Shown piece after piece: positions 8,041 through 17,730 of a DNA stretch of 64,000 bases. Source of the DNA: Acidimicrobiia bacterium (lineage in GTDB: Bacteria; Actinomycetota; Acidimicrobiia; Spongiisociales; UBA4744); the NCBI GenBank assembly GCA_029863625.1, contig JAOTUY010000003.1, positions 16,261 to 80,260 of the forward strand, written 5' to 3'. A program made the translations under genes and the position numbers. The stretch's first letter is position 1. Each line of letters opens with the position of its first letter. Under the pieces are notes generated by a model that had not been told where the DNA came from, searched no databases, and saw only the letters and a program-made list of their open reading frames with translations.

Positions 8041-9189
8041 ATGGGTTTTCACCGCCAGACCGATTCCACCCCTGATGTCACCACCAGATTGCGCCGTCTC
8101 GCCGCCCTTTCTGGCGTGAGCGGCGTGATGCTCGTGGCCATCGCGGGATGGAGCGCCTGGAGCGCCATCGAGCGGGTGCCTTTCCAAGACGCTGTGGCTG
8201 CTACGGATGTCTTGGAGACGGTCCCTTCTTCGGAGGTTGACGCTTTGCGCGCTGCCGAGGACGCGACCGAAGAGGCGGCCCGCCTTGCCGAACAAGACGA
8301 ATTGGAGGCGGAACTGCTGGCCGAGTTGGAGGCGCGACGCGAGCGTCTGATCCGGACGCAAGTCGAGATCGAGATACCTTTCCTGACCAGTCCGGAGCTA
8401 CCAGACGACCTGTTCACGTCCTACCTGCTGGTTGGAGTCGAGGGTGGTTTCCGCGCCGACACCATCATCTACCTGCTCCGGCCCTCGGACGGGTCCGCGC
8501 CGATCATGTTGTCGCTTCCGCGCGATCTATATCTTCGGAATCCGTGCACTCAGCGCTACACGCGTATCAATGCCGGTCTGGGGGGCTGTGCCGGCTACGC
8601 CGGTGGTGCCGAGTTGCTCTCTTTGATGGTGAAGGAATTCACCGGCATAAAGGTCGACCGCTTTGCCCGAGTAGATTTCAGCGGCTTCAAGCATGTGATC
8701 GACGCCCTCGGGGGGGTCGAGATCTGTGTCGAGAACGCGGTAAGGGACGACAAAGCCCAATTGGATTTGCCCGCTGGCTGCTCCCGGGCAGGGGGAGACC
8801 AGGCGCTGGCGTGGGTTCGATCGCGACGCACAGAGGAGTTCGTCGACGGCGAGTGGCGACGAATTCCCGGCGTTAGCGACTTCACCCGCCAGCGGAAACA
8901 ACAGGATATGCTGTTCAAAATTGCCGGAAGAATGAACTCGTTTGCGTCTCTTGCATCCTTTTCAGACGTGGCCTCGAGCCTGGCCGGCACCATCGCGTTG
9001 GACGCGGGGTTCTCCTTCGGTGACGCGGTGTCGTTGGCCTGGCAGTTCCGCGGAACGGACGCCTCCGACGTCAAGCGAGTCTCGATCCTGGTCAGGGACT
9101 ATGTGACCAGCGCCGGAGCGTATGTGCTGGTGCCCACTGCTACGTTCAACGAGTCGCTAGCCAAGGTGTACCCGGCCGCGGCCCGCTGA
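8041..9189 (+). CDS. LCP (LytR-CpsA-Psr) family cell-wall phosphotransferase
   Basis: N-terminal TM; RADTII, LSLPRDLY, RINA, VDFSGF, QALAWVRSR and DFTRQRKQQ motifs. Confidence 0.92.
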   Translation: MGFHRQTDSTPDVTTRLRRLAALSGVSGVMLVAIAGWSAWSAIERVPFQDAVAATDVLETVPSSEVDALRAAEDATEEAARLAEQDELEAELLAELEARRERLIRTQVEIEIPFLTSPELPDDLFTSYLLVGVEGGFRADTIIYLLRPSDGSAPIMLSLPRDLYLRNPCTQRYTRINAGLGGCAGYAGGAELLSLMVKEFTGIKVDRFARVDFSGFKHVIDALGGVEICVENAVRDDKAQLDLPAGCSRAGGDQALAWVRSRRTEEFVDGEWRRIPGVSDFTRQRKQQDMLFKIAGRMNSFASLASFSDVASSLAGTIALDAGFSFGDAVSLAWQFRGTDASDVKRVSILVRDYVTSAGAYVLVPTATFNESLAKVYPAAAR

Positions 9190-9193
9190 TTGG

Positions 9194-9288
9194 GAGCTTC
9201 GAGCTTCGGGCTACGAGCCTCCGGATGCCTCCTCCCTGCGAGTGAAGCGAGTCGGCTGCGGGGAGTACCGCCGGAGGCGGGGAGGGGG
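9194..9288. repeat. Heptamer array plus repeat family 2 (CGAG.GAAGCGAGTCGG element)
   Basis: GAGCTTC GAGCTTC GGGCTAC GAGCCTC (9194-9221), then ctgcgagtgaagcgagtcggctgcggggagtacc, closely matching 32725-32760. Confidence 0.75.
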
Positions 9289-9314
9289 ACTGATCCCACC
9301 AACGTCGCTGCTGG

Positions 9315-9642
9315 CTACACCAACTCGAACGTCGTCTCGATCGGTACATAGCCGCGGACGGTGGTGGCCACCGAGCACATTTCGGCATGACTCGGGCGAA
9401 TGGCGTCTTCCGCCCGGGCGGTGGTGAGAGAGGGGCCCGACACTCGGTAGTGAAGCCAGAATCTCTGGAACTTCCAGGGTGATCGGGTTTCTTATTGAAA
9501 GTGACTTCGATGGAGAGGGCGGTGAGACGCTCTCGCCGAGCTATGACACAAGGTCGACACCCGAGCATGAGGCAGAGCCATAGGCAGCAAGTCGGAAGGA
9601 CGCACCCCCCAGTTCCTGGGGGCCATCAATGTCAACGGGCAT
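9315..9642 (-). pseudogene. OsmC/YhfA-like protein pseudogene (N-terminally truncated, about 4 frameshifts)
   Basis: Fragments in alternating frames join to: MPVDIDGPQELG / GVRPSDLLPMAL / ASCSGVDLV / IARRERLTALSIEVTFNKKPD / PWKFQRFWLHYRVSGPSLTTARAEDAIRPSHAEMCSVATTVRGYVPIETTFELV*. Both OsmC-family Cys motifs are present. Confidence 0.8.
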
Positions 9643-9645
9643 TTC

Positions 9646-10944
9646 CTAGTCGAGTTTGAGCGCTTCCAGCCTCTCGAAGACAATGGCGGCATTGGCGAGG
9701 AATCGTTCCACCGAAAAGCAGGCCGCCAGCTGTTGGGGCGATAGGGTGACTTCCGGGTCGACCTTGAGCAGATCGAGGAGATGCTCGCTACCTTCCCAGG
9801 CCGCCAGCGCGTTCCGTTGCACGATCCGGTAGGCCTTGTCGCGACTCAAGCCCTCCTCAACGAGAGCCAGCAGCACGGCTTGACTGAACACCAGGCCGCG
9901 GGTGGCTTCGAGATTGGCAAGCATGCGATCGCCGTCGACTTCGAGACCTTCTGCCAACCCGGCGAATCTCACCAGCATGTAGTGGAGGACGTAGCAGGCG
10001 TCCGGGATGATTACCCGCTCGGCCGAGGAATGGCTGATGTCGCGCTCGTGCCAGAGGGCCACGTTCTCAAGACCGGTCTGGGCGTAGCCGCGCAGGAGGC
10101 GGGCCATTCCGGTCATGCGCTCTGAGAGGATCGGGTTCCGCTTATGTGGCATAGCCGAGGAGCCTTTCTGGCCGGAACGGAAGGCTTCCTGCACCTCACG
10201 TACCTCGGATCGCTGCAGGTGACGGATCTCGGTGGCGAAACGCTCGATCGAAGCGCCGGTGAGTGCGATCGTCTGGAGGAATTCGGCATGCCGATCGCGA
10301 TGCGTGACCTGCGAAGAAGCAGGCTCGATGCCCAGGCCCAGGTGTTCACAGACGTACTTCTCGAGTTGGGGAGGTGTATGGGCGTAGGTTCCCACCGCTC
10401 CGCTGACCTTCCCAACCGCGACGGCCTTGCGAGCCCGGGTCAGCCGTTCGTGATCGCGGGCGAGTTCGAAAGCCCAGGTGGCCAGCTTCAGGCCGAGGGT
10501 GGTTGGTTCCGCCCAGATCCCGTGGGTGCGACCCAGCATGACCGTGTCACGATGTTCGAAGGCCTTGGCCTTCACCACGGCAAAGAGGTGTCCGGTCTCT
10601 TCGAGCAACAAGCCTGCTGCTTCATTGAGCAGCACGCCTTGGGCGCTATCGAGGACATCTGACGAAGTCAGCCCGTAATGCACCCATTCACCACCGGGGC
10701 CGGTGTTCTCGGCCAGGAGGTCGACAAAGGCAGCCAGGTCGTGGTTGGTGATCTCCTCCCGGGCCCTCCAGGCCGCCGGATCGACCGGAGGGGCACTGCG
10801 AACCGCGGTGGCCACTTCCGGGGGGGCGACCCCGAGTTCACTCCAGGCTTCAACGACCAGAGCTTCGACTTCTTGCCATACCGCCAGCTTGCGCTCTTCG
10901 GACCAGATGGCCGACATTTCGGGAAGCGAGTAGCGAGGGATCAT
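9646..10944 (-). CDS. purB: Adenylosuccinate lyase
   Basis: [31 protein letters not shown] and the signature [11 protein letters not shown]. Confidence 0.97.
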   Translation of the reverse strand: MIPRYSLPEMSAIWSEERKLAVWQEVEALVVEAWSELGVAPPEVATAVRSAPPVDPAAWRAREEITNHDLAAFVDLLAENTGPGGEWVHYGLTSSDVLDSAQGVLLNEAAGLLLEETGHLFAVVKAKAFEHRDTVMLGRTHGIWAEPTTLGLKLATWAFELARDHERLTRARKAVAVGKVSGAVGTYAHTPPQLEKYVCEHLGLGIEPASSQVTHRDRHAEFLQTIALTGASIERFATEIRHLQRSEVREVQEAFRSGQKGSSAMPHKRNPILSERMTGMARLLRGYAQTGLENVALWHERDISHSSAERVIIPDACYVLHYMLVRFAGLAEGLEVDGDRMLANLEATRGLVFSQAVLLALVEEGLSRDKAYRIVQRNALAAWEGSEHLLDLLKVDPEVTLSPQQLAACFSVERFLANAAIVFERLEALKLD

Positions 10945-10951
10945 GGGAGGA

Positions 10952-11044
10952 AGTTATCAGTAATCGGTCATCAGTTGTCAGTTTCGACGGTTCGCTGATG
11001 ACTGAAAGGACGGCCGCAGGCCGACCGACTGATCACTCATGATT
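10952..11044. repeat. Intergenic repeat family 1 (reverse orientation)
   Basis: Reverse complement reads TCAGTCGGTCGGCCTGCGGCCGTCCTTTCAGTCATCAG, with outer heptamer arms (AGTTATC AGTAATC GGTCATC AGTTGTC on the + strand). Confidence 0.85.
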
Positions 11045-11057
11045 GCATAGCCAGCGC

Positions 11058-11519
11058 CTATGCCAGCGTCTGCTCTGCCAGCTGCTCCCGGTATTCGGCC
11101 AGTTGCCCCGCCAGGCCTTCGTCATTGAGGGCCAAGATGGCAACGGCCAGCAGGGCGGCGTTGGCTGATCCATCGACGGCGACCGTTGCTACGGGGATTC
11201 CGGTTGGCATTTGCACGGTGGCGAGCAGCGCGTCGAGACCTTGCAGGGAGGCGCTGAGCGGTACCCCGATCACCGGAAGCAGCGACTTGGCAGCCATGGC
11301 CCCGGCCAGATGGGCAGCCTTCCCGGCTCCGGCGATAATGACCGAGAAACCCTGATCGGCGGCTGTAGCTGCAAACTCAGAAGCGGCATCTGGGGTCTTG
11401 TGAGCCGATAGCACGCGCGTGTTGCACTCGACGCCGAACCGGGCGAGCAGGTCGGCGGCAGCTTGCATCTTGGGTTGATCCTTGGCGGATCCCATCACTA
11501 TGGCGACCTTGCTCATCAT
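11058..11519 (-). CDS. purE: PurE (N5-CAIR mutase / AIR carboxylase family)
   Basis: [50 protein letters not shown]. Confidence 0.95.
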   Translation of the reverse strand: MMSKVAIVMGSAKDQPKMQAAADLLARFGVECNTRVLSAHKTPDAASEFAATAADQGFSVIIAGAGKAAHLAGAMAAKSLLPVIGVPLSASLQGLDALLATVQMPTGIPVATVAVDGSANAALLAVAILALNDEGLAGQLAEYREQLAEQTLA

Positions 11520-12784
11520 GTACCTTTCGATTTTCCGGCGATATCCGGACGATATTGTTTTCCTGCAAACTCGATCGCCTGGGCCGCCGCATAAGCGCGG
11601 TGGCGCGCCTCGGGAAGGCTTGCCCCGGTGCCGACGACGTTGATGACCCGACCGCCGTAGGTCTTCAGTGTTCCCTCCTGGCGGACGGTTCCGGCCTGGA
11701 AGACGAGCACGCCCGGCACAGCGGCCGCGGTGGCTACCCCCGAGATTGGATCACCGCGTCTCGGACTCTCCGGGTAACCGGCCGCTGCCAGCACCACATC
11801 GACCGCTGCATCGTCTGACCAGGTGAGGTCCAGGGTGTGGGCCTTACCATCGAGACACGCCAGGATCACCTCCACCAGGTCGTCCTCGAGTAGGGGAAGG
11901 ACCACCTGGGTTTCGGGATCACCGAGCCGGCAGTTGAACTCGAGCACTCGGGGGCCGGCCTCGGTGAGAACGAGTCCGGCATAGAGAAACCCCCGGTAGG
12001 GGGTCCCTGCTGTTTCCATCTGCTGCAGTACCGGGCCCATGACATGGTCGAGTGTCCAGTCGACCAATCCGTCCGGTAGATCTTCGACCGGCGAGTAGCA
12101 CCCCATGCCCCCGGTGTTGGGTCCCTGGTCACGTTCGCCGAGTCGCTTGTAATCGCGGGCCGGTTGCAGGGGAACGGCCGTTTTCCCGTCGCACAGGGCG
12201 AACACACTCACTTCAGGCCCGGCCAGGTAGTCCTCGATCACGATCGTGTATCCCGCTTCTTCGAAATCTCCGCTCAGACAGCGATCGACCCATGCCCGGG
12301 CCTCGTGAAGGTCCTCGGTGACCAGCACTCCCTTGCCTGCCGCCAGACCGTCGGCCTTGACTACAAAGGGGCCTGTTCGTTTCTCCAGGTATTCGATCGC
12401 CGGTTCCCGGTTGGTGAACACGCCGGCTGCGGCCGTTGGGACACCGGCCCGTTCCATGATGGTCTTGGCAAAGGATTTTGATGATTCCAGTCGGGCGGCG
12501 GCTCGCGAGGGCCCGAAGGCGCGGACTCCCCGGCGAGTCAGCGCATCGATCACACCAGCCGCCAGGGGCGCCTCCGGCCCAACGACTACCAGGTCTATGT
12601 CTTGTTGGTCGGCGATCGCCGCCACCGCGCCAACATCGGTTGCCGAGACCCCTTCAACCACCGGGCCCAACTCGGCCAGCCCGGGGTTGCCGGGCAAGGA
12701 GATCAAGCTGGTCCGGGGGCTCTTGGCCATCTTCCAGCCGATGGCGTGCTCGCGCGCACCGCCTCCTAGCAACAGGACCTTCAC
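11516..12784 (-). CDS. purD: Phosphoribosylamine-glycine ligase
   Basis: Start re-called at GTG 12784 (overlapping the purA stop): [54 protein letters not shown]. Confidence 0.97.
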   Translation of the reverse strand: MKVLLLGGGAREHAIGWKMAKSPRTSLISLPGNPGLAELGPVVEGVSATDVGAVAAIADQQDIDLVVVGPEAPLAAGVIDALTRRGVRAFGPSRAAARLESSKSFAKTIMERAGVPTAAAGVFTNREPAIEYLEKRTGPFVVKADGLAAGKGVLVTEDLHEARAWVDRCLSGDFEEAGYTIVIEDYLAGPEVSVFALCDGKTAVPLQPARDYKRLGERDQGPNTGGMGCYSPVEDLPDGLVDWTLDHVMGPVLQQMETAGTPYRGFLYAGLVLTEAGPRVLEFNCRLGDPETQVVLPLLEDDLVEVILACLDGKAHTLDLTWSDDAAVDVVLAAAGYPESPRRGDPISGVATAAAVPGVLVFQAGTVRQEGTLKTYGGRVINVVGTGASLPEARHRAYAAAQAIEFAGKQYRPDIAGKSKGT

Positions 12785-14058
12785 GACGACCGGGTTAGGA
12801 CTTGCAGGCGCTCGGGTCCTACCGATACCCAGCCGATGGGAACCCTGGTCCGCTCCTCGATGAATTCGATGTACTGCTGGGCTTCCTTGGGTAGATCCAC
12901 GAATCGGCGTACGCCGGTGATGTCGGATCTCCAACCGGGGAGTTCTTCGTAGATCGGGGTGCAGTTGTAAAGAACACGTTGCTGGCGGGGCAGCTCCGTG
13001 TAGGTCTCACCGAGCGAGCTATAGGCCACCGCCACCTGCAGGGTGTCGAACTCGGAGAGGATGTCGAGCTTGGTGAGGAACACATCGGTGAGGCTGTTGA
13101 CCCGCGCCGAGTAACGCAAGGCGACGAGATCCAGCCATCCGCAGCGCCGGCGCCGTCCGGTCACCGTCCCGTATTCGCCGCCGACCGTCACCATGGTCTC
13201 GCCGATCTCATCCGAAAGCTCAGTCGGGAAAGGCCCCGTGCCGACCCGCGATATGTACGCCTTGGCGACTCCGACCACCCGATCGATTGCCTTCGGCCCG
13301 ATACCCGAACCCGTCATCGCCCCCCCGGCCGTCGGACTCGACGAGGTAACAAACGGATAGGTCCCATGGTCGATATCGAGCAAGGTCCCCTGGGCCCCCT
13401 CGAACAGGACCGTTTGCTTGGCCTCTATGGCCTCCCATATCAACAAGGACGTATCGGTAACGAACGGAAGCAACGCTTCTGCATAGCCGAGGTACTCGGC
13501 GGCGATGTCTCCGGCGTCCATGGGTAGCTGGTTGTAGACCCTGGTGAGCAGTTTGTTCTTGTCGGCGAGCGCCACATCGAGCTTGTCCCGGAAGATCTTT
13601 GGGTCGAAGAGATCCTGGACCCGGATCCCCTGGCGGGCGTACTTGTCGGTGTAGGCAGGGCCGATGCCTTTCTTGGTGGTACCGATCATCTGGCGTCCCA
13701 GATACCGCTCCATGACCGCGTCGAGTTTGCGGTGATACGGCATGATCAGGTGAGCATTTGAGGAGATGCGAAGCCGAGACGGATCGACGCTCCGCTCGGA
13801 GAGCATGGTGATTTCATCGAGAAGTACCTTCGGGTCCACGACACACCCGGAGGCGATGACCGGCGTGCAGTCCGCGTACATCACTCCGCTGGGGATCAAC
13901 GAAAGAGCGAACCGCTCCTTCCCGATAACAATGGTGTGCCCGGCGTTGTTGCCACCCTGATAGCGCACAACGAGGTCGGCGGTTTCGGCAAAAACGTCCG
14001 TTACCTTGCCTTTTCCCTCATCTCCCCATTGGGCGCCGAGCACAATCGTGGCAGGCAT
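12781..14058 (-). CDS. purA: Adenylosuccinate synthetase
   Basis: Start [18 protein letters not shown] after an AGGAG SD; [36 protein letters not shown]. Confidence 0.97.
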   Translation of the reverse strand: MPATIVLGAQWGDEGKGKVTDVFAETADLVVRYQGGNNAGHTIVIGKERFALSLIPSGVMYADCTPVIASGCVVDPKVLLDEITMLSERSVDPSRLRISSNAHLIMPYHRKLDAVMERYLGRQMIGTTKKGIGPAYTDKYARQGIRVQDLFDPKIFRDKLDVALADKNKLLTRVYNQLPMDAGDIAAEYLGYAEALLPFVTDTSLLIWEAIEAKQTVLFEGAQGTLLDIDHGTYPFVTSSSPTAGGAMTGSGIGPKAIDRVVGVAKAYISRVGTGPFPTELSDEIGETMVTVGGEYGTVTGRRRRCGWLDLVALRYSARVNSLTDVFLTKLDILSEFDTLQVAVAYSSLGETYTELPRQQRVLYNCTPIYEELPGWRSDITGVRRFVDLPKEAQQYIEFIEERTRVPIGWVSVGPERLQVLTRSS

Positions 14059-14218
14059 GCGATAGCTCCTTGGTGGCCGCGCCCGGCCATAGTAGTGGCG
14101 CCGCACGGAGCCTCTCGGGGGAAGCAGACTGCTCAGCAAAATGCAGTGCGATCGGTCGGGGCTGCTTCGCTGTGTGGTGTCACTAAGCTCAAGCTGCGCT
14201 GAACCCGGAGGGACTATC

Positions 14219-14830
14219 GTGCCGCGCATTCGCGCCGCGAATATTGAAGAACACAAAGAGCAGACCCGCGGGCAGATTCTCGAAGCTGCCCAGGAGCTTT
14301 TCCAGACCGAGGGGTATACGGAAACGTCGCTGGGCGACGTCGCGAATCGCATCGGGATCGGGCGAACGACGCTCTACGAGTATTTCACCGACAAGGAAGA
14401 TCTGCTTTGCTCATTGGTTGAGGCCACCCTGCCGGGCATCATCAGCGACATCATCGCCGCTGTGCCTCGGGGCGTGAGTCCGGCCGAGCAGCTCTCCCAC
14501 CTGGCCATCGGAATGGTCGAGTTCGTTTCCACTGATGCCATGCTGGGGAGGGTCCTGCATACCGATGCCTCGCGACTCTCCCCGTCCGCTCAACTGCGGG
14601 TCCGGGCCACCCACAGCGAATTCGCCAGCGAGTTCATGCGCATCTACGTGGCAGGGGTCGGGTCCGGAACGCTGCGACCGTTTCCCCCCGACCTGGCTGG
14701 TCGGTTCCTCCAAGAGCTGATGATGTCCGCCGCCCGCTCGCTGATCGCCCTCGAGGAACCGACCGATCGTCTTCCCGAGGTGACCCGCAGCATGGTCGAC
14801 TTCATGCTGCATGGCCTCAGCATCAGATGA
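14219..14830 (+). CDS. TetR/AcrR family regulator
   Basis: Start GTG 14219 after a GGAGGGA SD; [12 protein letters not shown]...[25 protein letters not shown]. Confidence 0.92.
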   Translation: MPRIRAANIEEHKEQTRGQILEAAQELFQTEGYTETSLGDVANRIGIGRTTLYEYFTDKEDLLCSLVEATLPGIISDIIAAVPRGVSPAEQLSHLAIGMVEFVSTDAMLGRVLHTDASRLSPSAQLRVRATHSEFASEFMRIYVAGVGSGTLRPFPPDLAGRFLQELMMSAARSLIALEEPTDRLPEVTRSMVDFMLHGLSIR

Positions 14831-16029
14831 CCCGACTCCTGTTTCGGGGCGGTAGCGTCTTCGACGCAACCGATGCGCCTCAAGCCTCCGCCGATGTGGT
14901 TGTCGAGGACGGACGGATTCTCGAGGTTGGAACCGGCCTCGACGGGGACCAGGCCATCGACTGCACCGGGCTCCACCTCTTGCCGGGTCTCTTCGATTCC
15001 CACGTCCACGTGATGCTCAGTCATATCGACATGTGGAGACTGGTCCAGACTCCCTTTTCCTACCGGTTCTTCGAGGCAGCCGGGAACCTGGCGGCGACGC
15101 TCCGGGCCGGGATCACCACGGTGCGGGACGCAGGTGGGGCCGACCTGGGGATAAAACAGGCAGTCGAAGACGGCCTCATTGATGGTCCGCGAATGCAGAT
15201 CTCCTTGAAGATGCTTTCCCAGACCGGCGGTCATGGTGACGGATGGATGGCGTCCGGCGGCACCCTGGCGCTGTTTCCGTCGTATCCGGGGATGCCGGAA
15301 ACCATCGTCGACGGTGTTGAAGAGATGCGACGCAAGGTGAGAGAGCTGATCCGGGACGGTGCGGATGTGATCAAGGTAGCTACTTCCGGAGGCGTCCTGT
15401 CACCGCGGGATGAGCCGACCCATGCTCACTTCCGGCTGGCCGAGCTCGAGGTCCTGGTCGAGGAGGCCACCGCGGCAGGGATCGGTGTTATGGCGCACGC
15501 TCAGGCCACGGTGGGGATCAAGAACGCCATCCAGGCCGGCATCCGCTCCATCGATCACGGGATCTACCTGGACGACCAGGCGATTGAGATGATGCTGGAG
15601 CGAGGTACGTTCCTGGTGCCGACCCTGGTCGCTCCGACCGGCGTGTTGCGAGCCGCCGAAGCGGGCGCGCAGATACCGGAGACGTCGCTGGCTAAGGCGC
15701 GCGAGGTGATCGAGGTTCATCGAGACTCGTTCAACCGGGCCGTACAGGCCGGGGTCAAGATCGCGATGGGCACCGATACCGGCGTCACGCCGCACGGTGA
15801 GAACCTGGCTGAGTTAACTCTCATGGTCGAGGGCGGGATGACTCCGCACCGGGCTCTGGTCGCGACCACCCGCACCGCCGCCGAGCTGATGGGCCTCGAC
15901 AAAGAATTGGGAACCCTCGAGCCCGGCAAACGGGCAGATCTTGTTGTTGTAGATGGAGACCCGTTCGAGGTGGCCGAACTCCCGGAACGCATTACGCAAG
16001 TGTGGAAGGACGGCCACCGGGTCGTGTAA
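14827..16029 (+). CDS. Metal-dependent amidohydrolase (Xaa-Pro dipeptidase-like)
   Basis: PGLFDSHVH, GITTVRDAGG, GADVIKVATSGG, AHA, SIDHG, MGTDTG, GKRADLVVV. Confidence 0.9.
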   Translation: MTRLLFRGGSVFDATDAPQASADVVVEDGRILEVGTGLDGDQAIDCTGLHLLPGLFDSHVHVMLSHIDMWRLVQTPFSYRFFEAAGNLAATLRAGITTVRDAGGADLGIKQAVEDGLIDGPRMQISLKMLSQTGGHGDGWMASGGTLALFPSYPGMPETIVDGVEEMRRKVRELIRDGADVIKVATSGGVLSPRDEPTHAHFRLAELEVLVEEATAAGIGVMAHAQATVGIKNAIQAGIRSIDHGIYLDDQAIEMMLERGTFLVPTLVAPTGVLRAAEAGAQIPETSLAKAREVIEVHRDSFNRAVQAGVKIAMGTDTGVTPHGENLAELTLMVEGGMTPHRALVATTRTAAELMGLDKELGTLEPGKRADLVVVDGDPFEVAELPERITQVWKDGHRVV

Positions 16030-16036
16030 TGCCGGT

Positions 16037-16081
16037 TTTGGTGTCGTAGAAACACACATACGGTGTACCTGCGACGCCAAA
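16037..16081. terminator. Hairpin between convergent genes (probable terminator)
   Basis: TTTGGTGTCGTAG (16037-16049) pairs with CTGCGACGCCAAA (16069-16081), with two G-U pairs. Confidence 0.55.
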
Positions 16082-16124
16082 CGAGCGGAGAGCCTTGTCG
16101 GCGAATACGGGTGGGAGGTTGGTG

Positions 16125-16601
16125 CTAACCCCCGACGGGGCGTGGAGCTCGGCGCAAACCCATGTGACGGACCAACAGGTTGGCGTTGGTGCCAAGCGTG
16201 GTGCCGGCCGCGAAGAACATGGTTACCAGACCGCCCGCCACCCAGACAGCAGTAGCGAATGTGGCGAGTATTTGGGTGACGGCCAGCGAGAAGCCCCAGA
16301 AGACGATGTGCAGCACCGATCGCTTGGCCACGATCGCCTCACCACGGCGGAGGAGGCGCGTAGCCTGTCCCCATGCCACGCCGAACCCGAGCCCAACAAC
16401 CAGAAGCGAGATGCCAAGCAGGCCGGGTGTCGCCTGTCGAAGGATAAGAACATTGACCAACAGCATCACTGTCGCCATCACCATCCCGATGATCGGCGTC
16501 GATGTCCTCATTCGCTGTGGCTTGCGAACCTGGCGGATCAGGCCCCAGATAGCGAAGGCCATCAAGGGGATGGACAGGACGCCGATGATGCGTCCGATCA
16601 T
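16125..16601 (-). CDS. Hypothetical membrane protein (4-5 TM), third gene of the cyclase-like operon
   Basis: Start re-called at MIGRII (ATG 16601; ATGA overlap with the upstream stop; CAGGAG SD). Several hydrophobic helices; loosely DUF1453/CcdC-like. Confidence 0.75.
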   Translation of the reverse strand: MIGRIIGVLSIPLMAFAIWGLIRQVRKPQRMRTSTPIIGMVMATVMLLVNVLILRQATPGLLGISLLVVGLGFGVAWGQATRLLRRGEAIVAKRSVLHIVFWGFSLAVTQILATFATAVWVAGGLVTMFFAAGTTLGTNANLLVRHMGLRRAPRPVGG

Positions 16602-17728
16602 GTCGGATCTCCTGGCCGGATAGCGGTACCGCACGCGGTACAGAACCGCCCACCCGGGGAGGACTCTGCTCCGCAGTTCGGGCATATCGGTGCACCGGTT
16701 GACTCGCGCAGTTGAGGAACAGACACCCCGGCGGCGAGGATCTTCTTGATCATCCCAAGGGCGAAATCGCCGGTCGGTTCGACGATGGTCAGCACTGGGT
16801 CGGCGGCGGTGCCGGTCCAGAGTCCGACGGCGAGCCGCGTCGGCGTGCGGTACACCAGAATCTCCCCGGCTCGGACCAGTCTTCCGTCATGGTCGAGAGT
16901 GAGCGTCAAGCTGCCGACCACAATCGCCTGGGTGATCAGTTCGGCCAGATGCCGGCCAAGTTCGCTGAATCGGAAGACACCGCCGTCAGGTACAACCAAT
17001 TGGAGACTTTCGAGGTGCCCGAGCAGCATTTCACCGTCGAGGGCCCGATCTCGGAGGTTCACGGGCGAGACGGGTAGGGCGGCCGAAACTGCCCAACGCG
17101 TGTCCTTTCCATTCAAACCGGCCGCCAGGTGGACGGAGAGGTCGTCAGAACTGAAGGACCCGGTGGATGGGACTCGGCGCTCCAGTTGTTCCTTGAGGTT
17201 CCATTGCCGCTCGACGTCGACGGCGGCCAGCAGCCCTACCCAGCCTTCCAGAGTGAGGGCGATGTCCGGCTCGAATGCCTGGCTTGCGAATCCGGTGAGC
17301 CGCAATATCTGATCGATAACTGTCAGTGCTTCGAGTTCGGTGGCCAGGATGGTCAGGTCCAGGCCATCTTCGGTCTGGTGGCCGTGCACGTAGGGTCCCC
17401 CGGTCGGCGGGGCAGCGAGGTACAAGTCGGCCCAGTCGTCGGCACCCGGCACCGTTGAGATCACGTGGAAGACCCGAACGGGTTGGGCGATGATGGCGAG
17501 CGCTTCGCGCAGAATCGGCACCACCGTTGAGTCGCTCGAGACGAGGTCGGAGGAAGCGAGCAAGGACCCGGGATCGGCCACCGCCGGCACCGGGGACAAC
17601 AGCCTGCCGGAAGGGGTGATCCCGCCCATGTCAAGAAGCGCGGCTAGTTGCTCACGGCTGAGCCGGTATGAGGTCGTCAAGGGGTAGCCAAACGCCGGTT
17701 CGAGGGTGTCGTTTGGGCGATTGGTCAT
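16598..17728 (-). CDS. Hypothetical protein with C-terminal double zinc ribbon
   Basis: C-terminal CPNCGAESSPGGRFCTACG. AAGGAGG SD favours ATG 17728 (alternative 17734). Starts at the stop of the large upstream gene. Confidence 0.8.
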   Translation of the reverse strand: MTNRPNDTLEPAFGYPLTTSYRLSREQLAALLDMGGITPSGRLLSPVPAVADPGSLLASSDLVSSDSTVVPILREALAIIAQPVRVFHVISTVPGADDWADLYLAAPPTGGPYVHGHQTEDGLDLTILATELEALTVIDQILRLTGFASQAFEPDIALTLEGWVGLLAAVDVERQWNLKEQLERRVPSTGSFSSDDLSVHLAAGLNGKDTRWAVSAALPVSPVNLRDRALDGEMLLGHLESLQLVVPDGGVFRFSELGRHLAELITQAIVVGSLTLTLDHDGRLVRAGEILVYRTPTRLAVGLWTGTAADPVLTIVEPTGDFALGMIKKILAAGVSVPQLRESTGAPICPNCGAESSPGGRFCTACGTAIRPGDPT

Positions 17729-17730
17729 CC

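Noticed and set aside
9146-9692. ORFs 9146-9568 and 9492-9692 as independent genes, or a DUF559 remnant beside the family-2 repeat
   Set aside because: They are frame fragments of the OsmC-like pseudogene; no DUF559 motifs were found.
14059-14218. Possible purine-related riboswitch upstream of purA
   Set aside because: No purine or ZTP riboswitch consensus could be recognised; the region is a short divergent promoter spacer.
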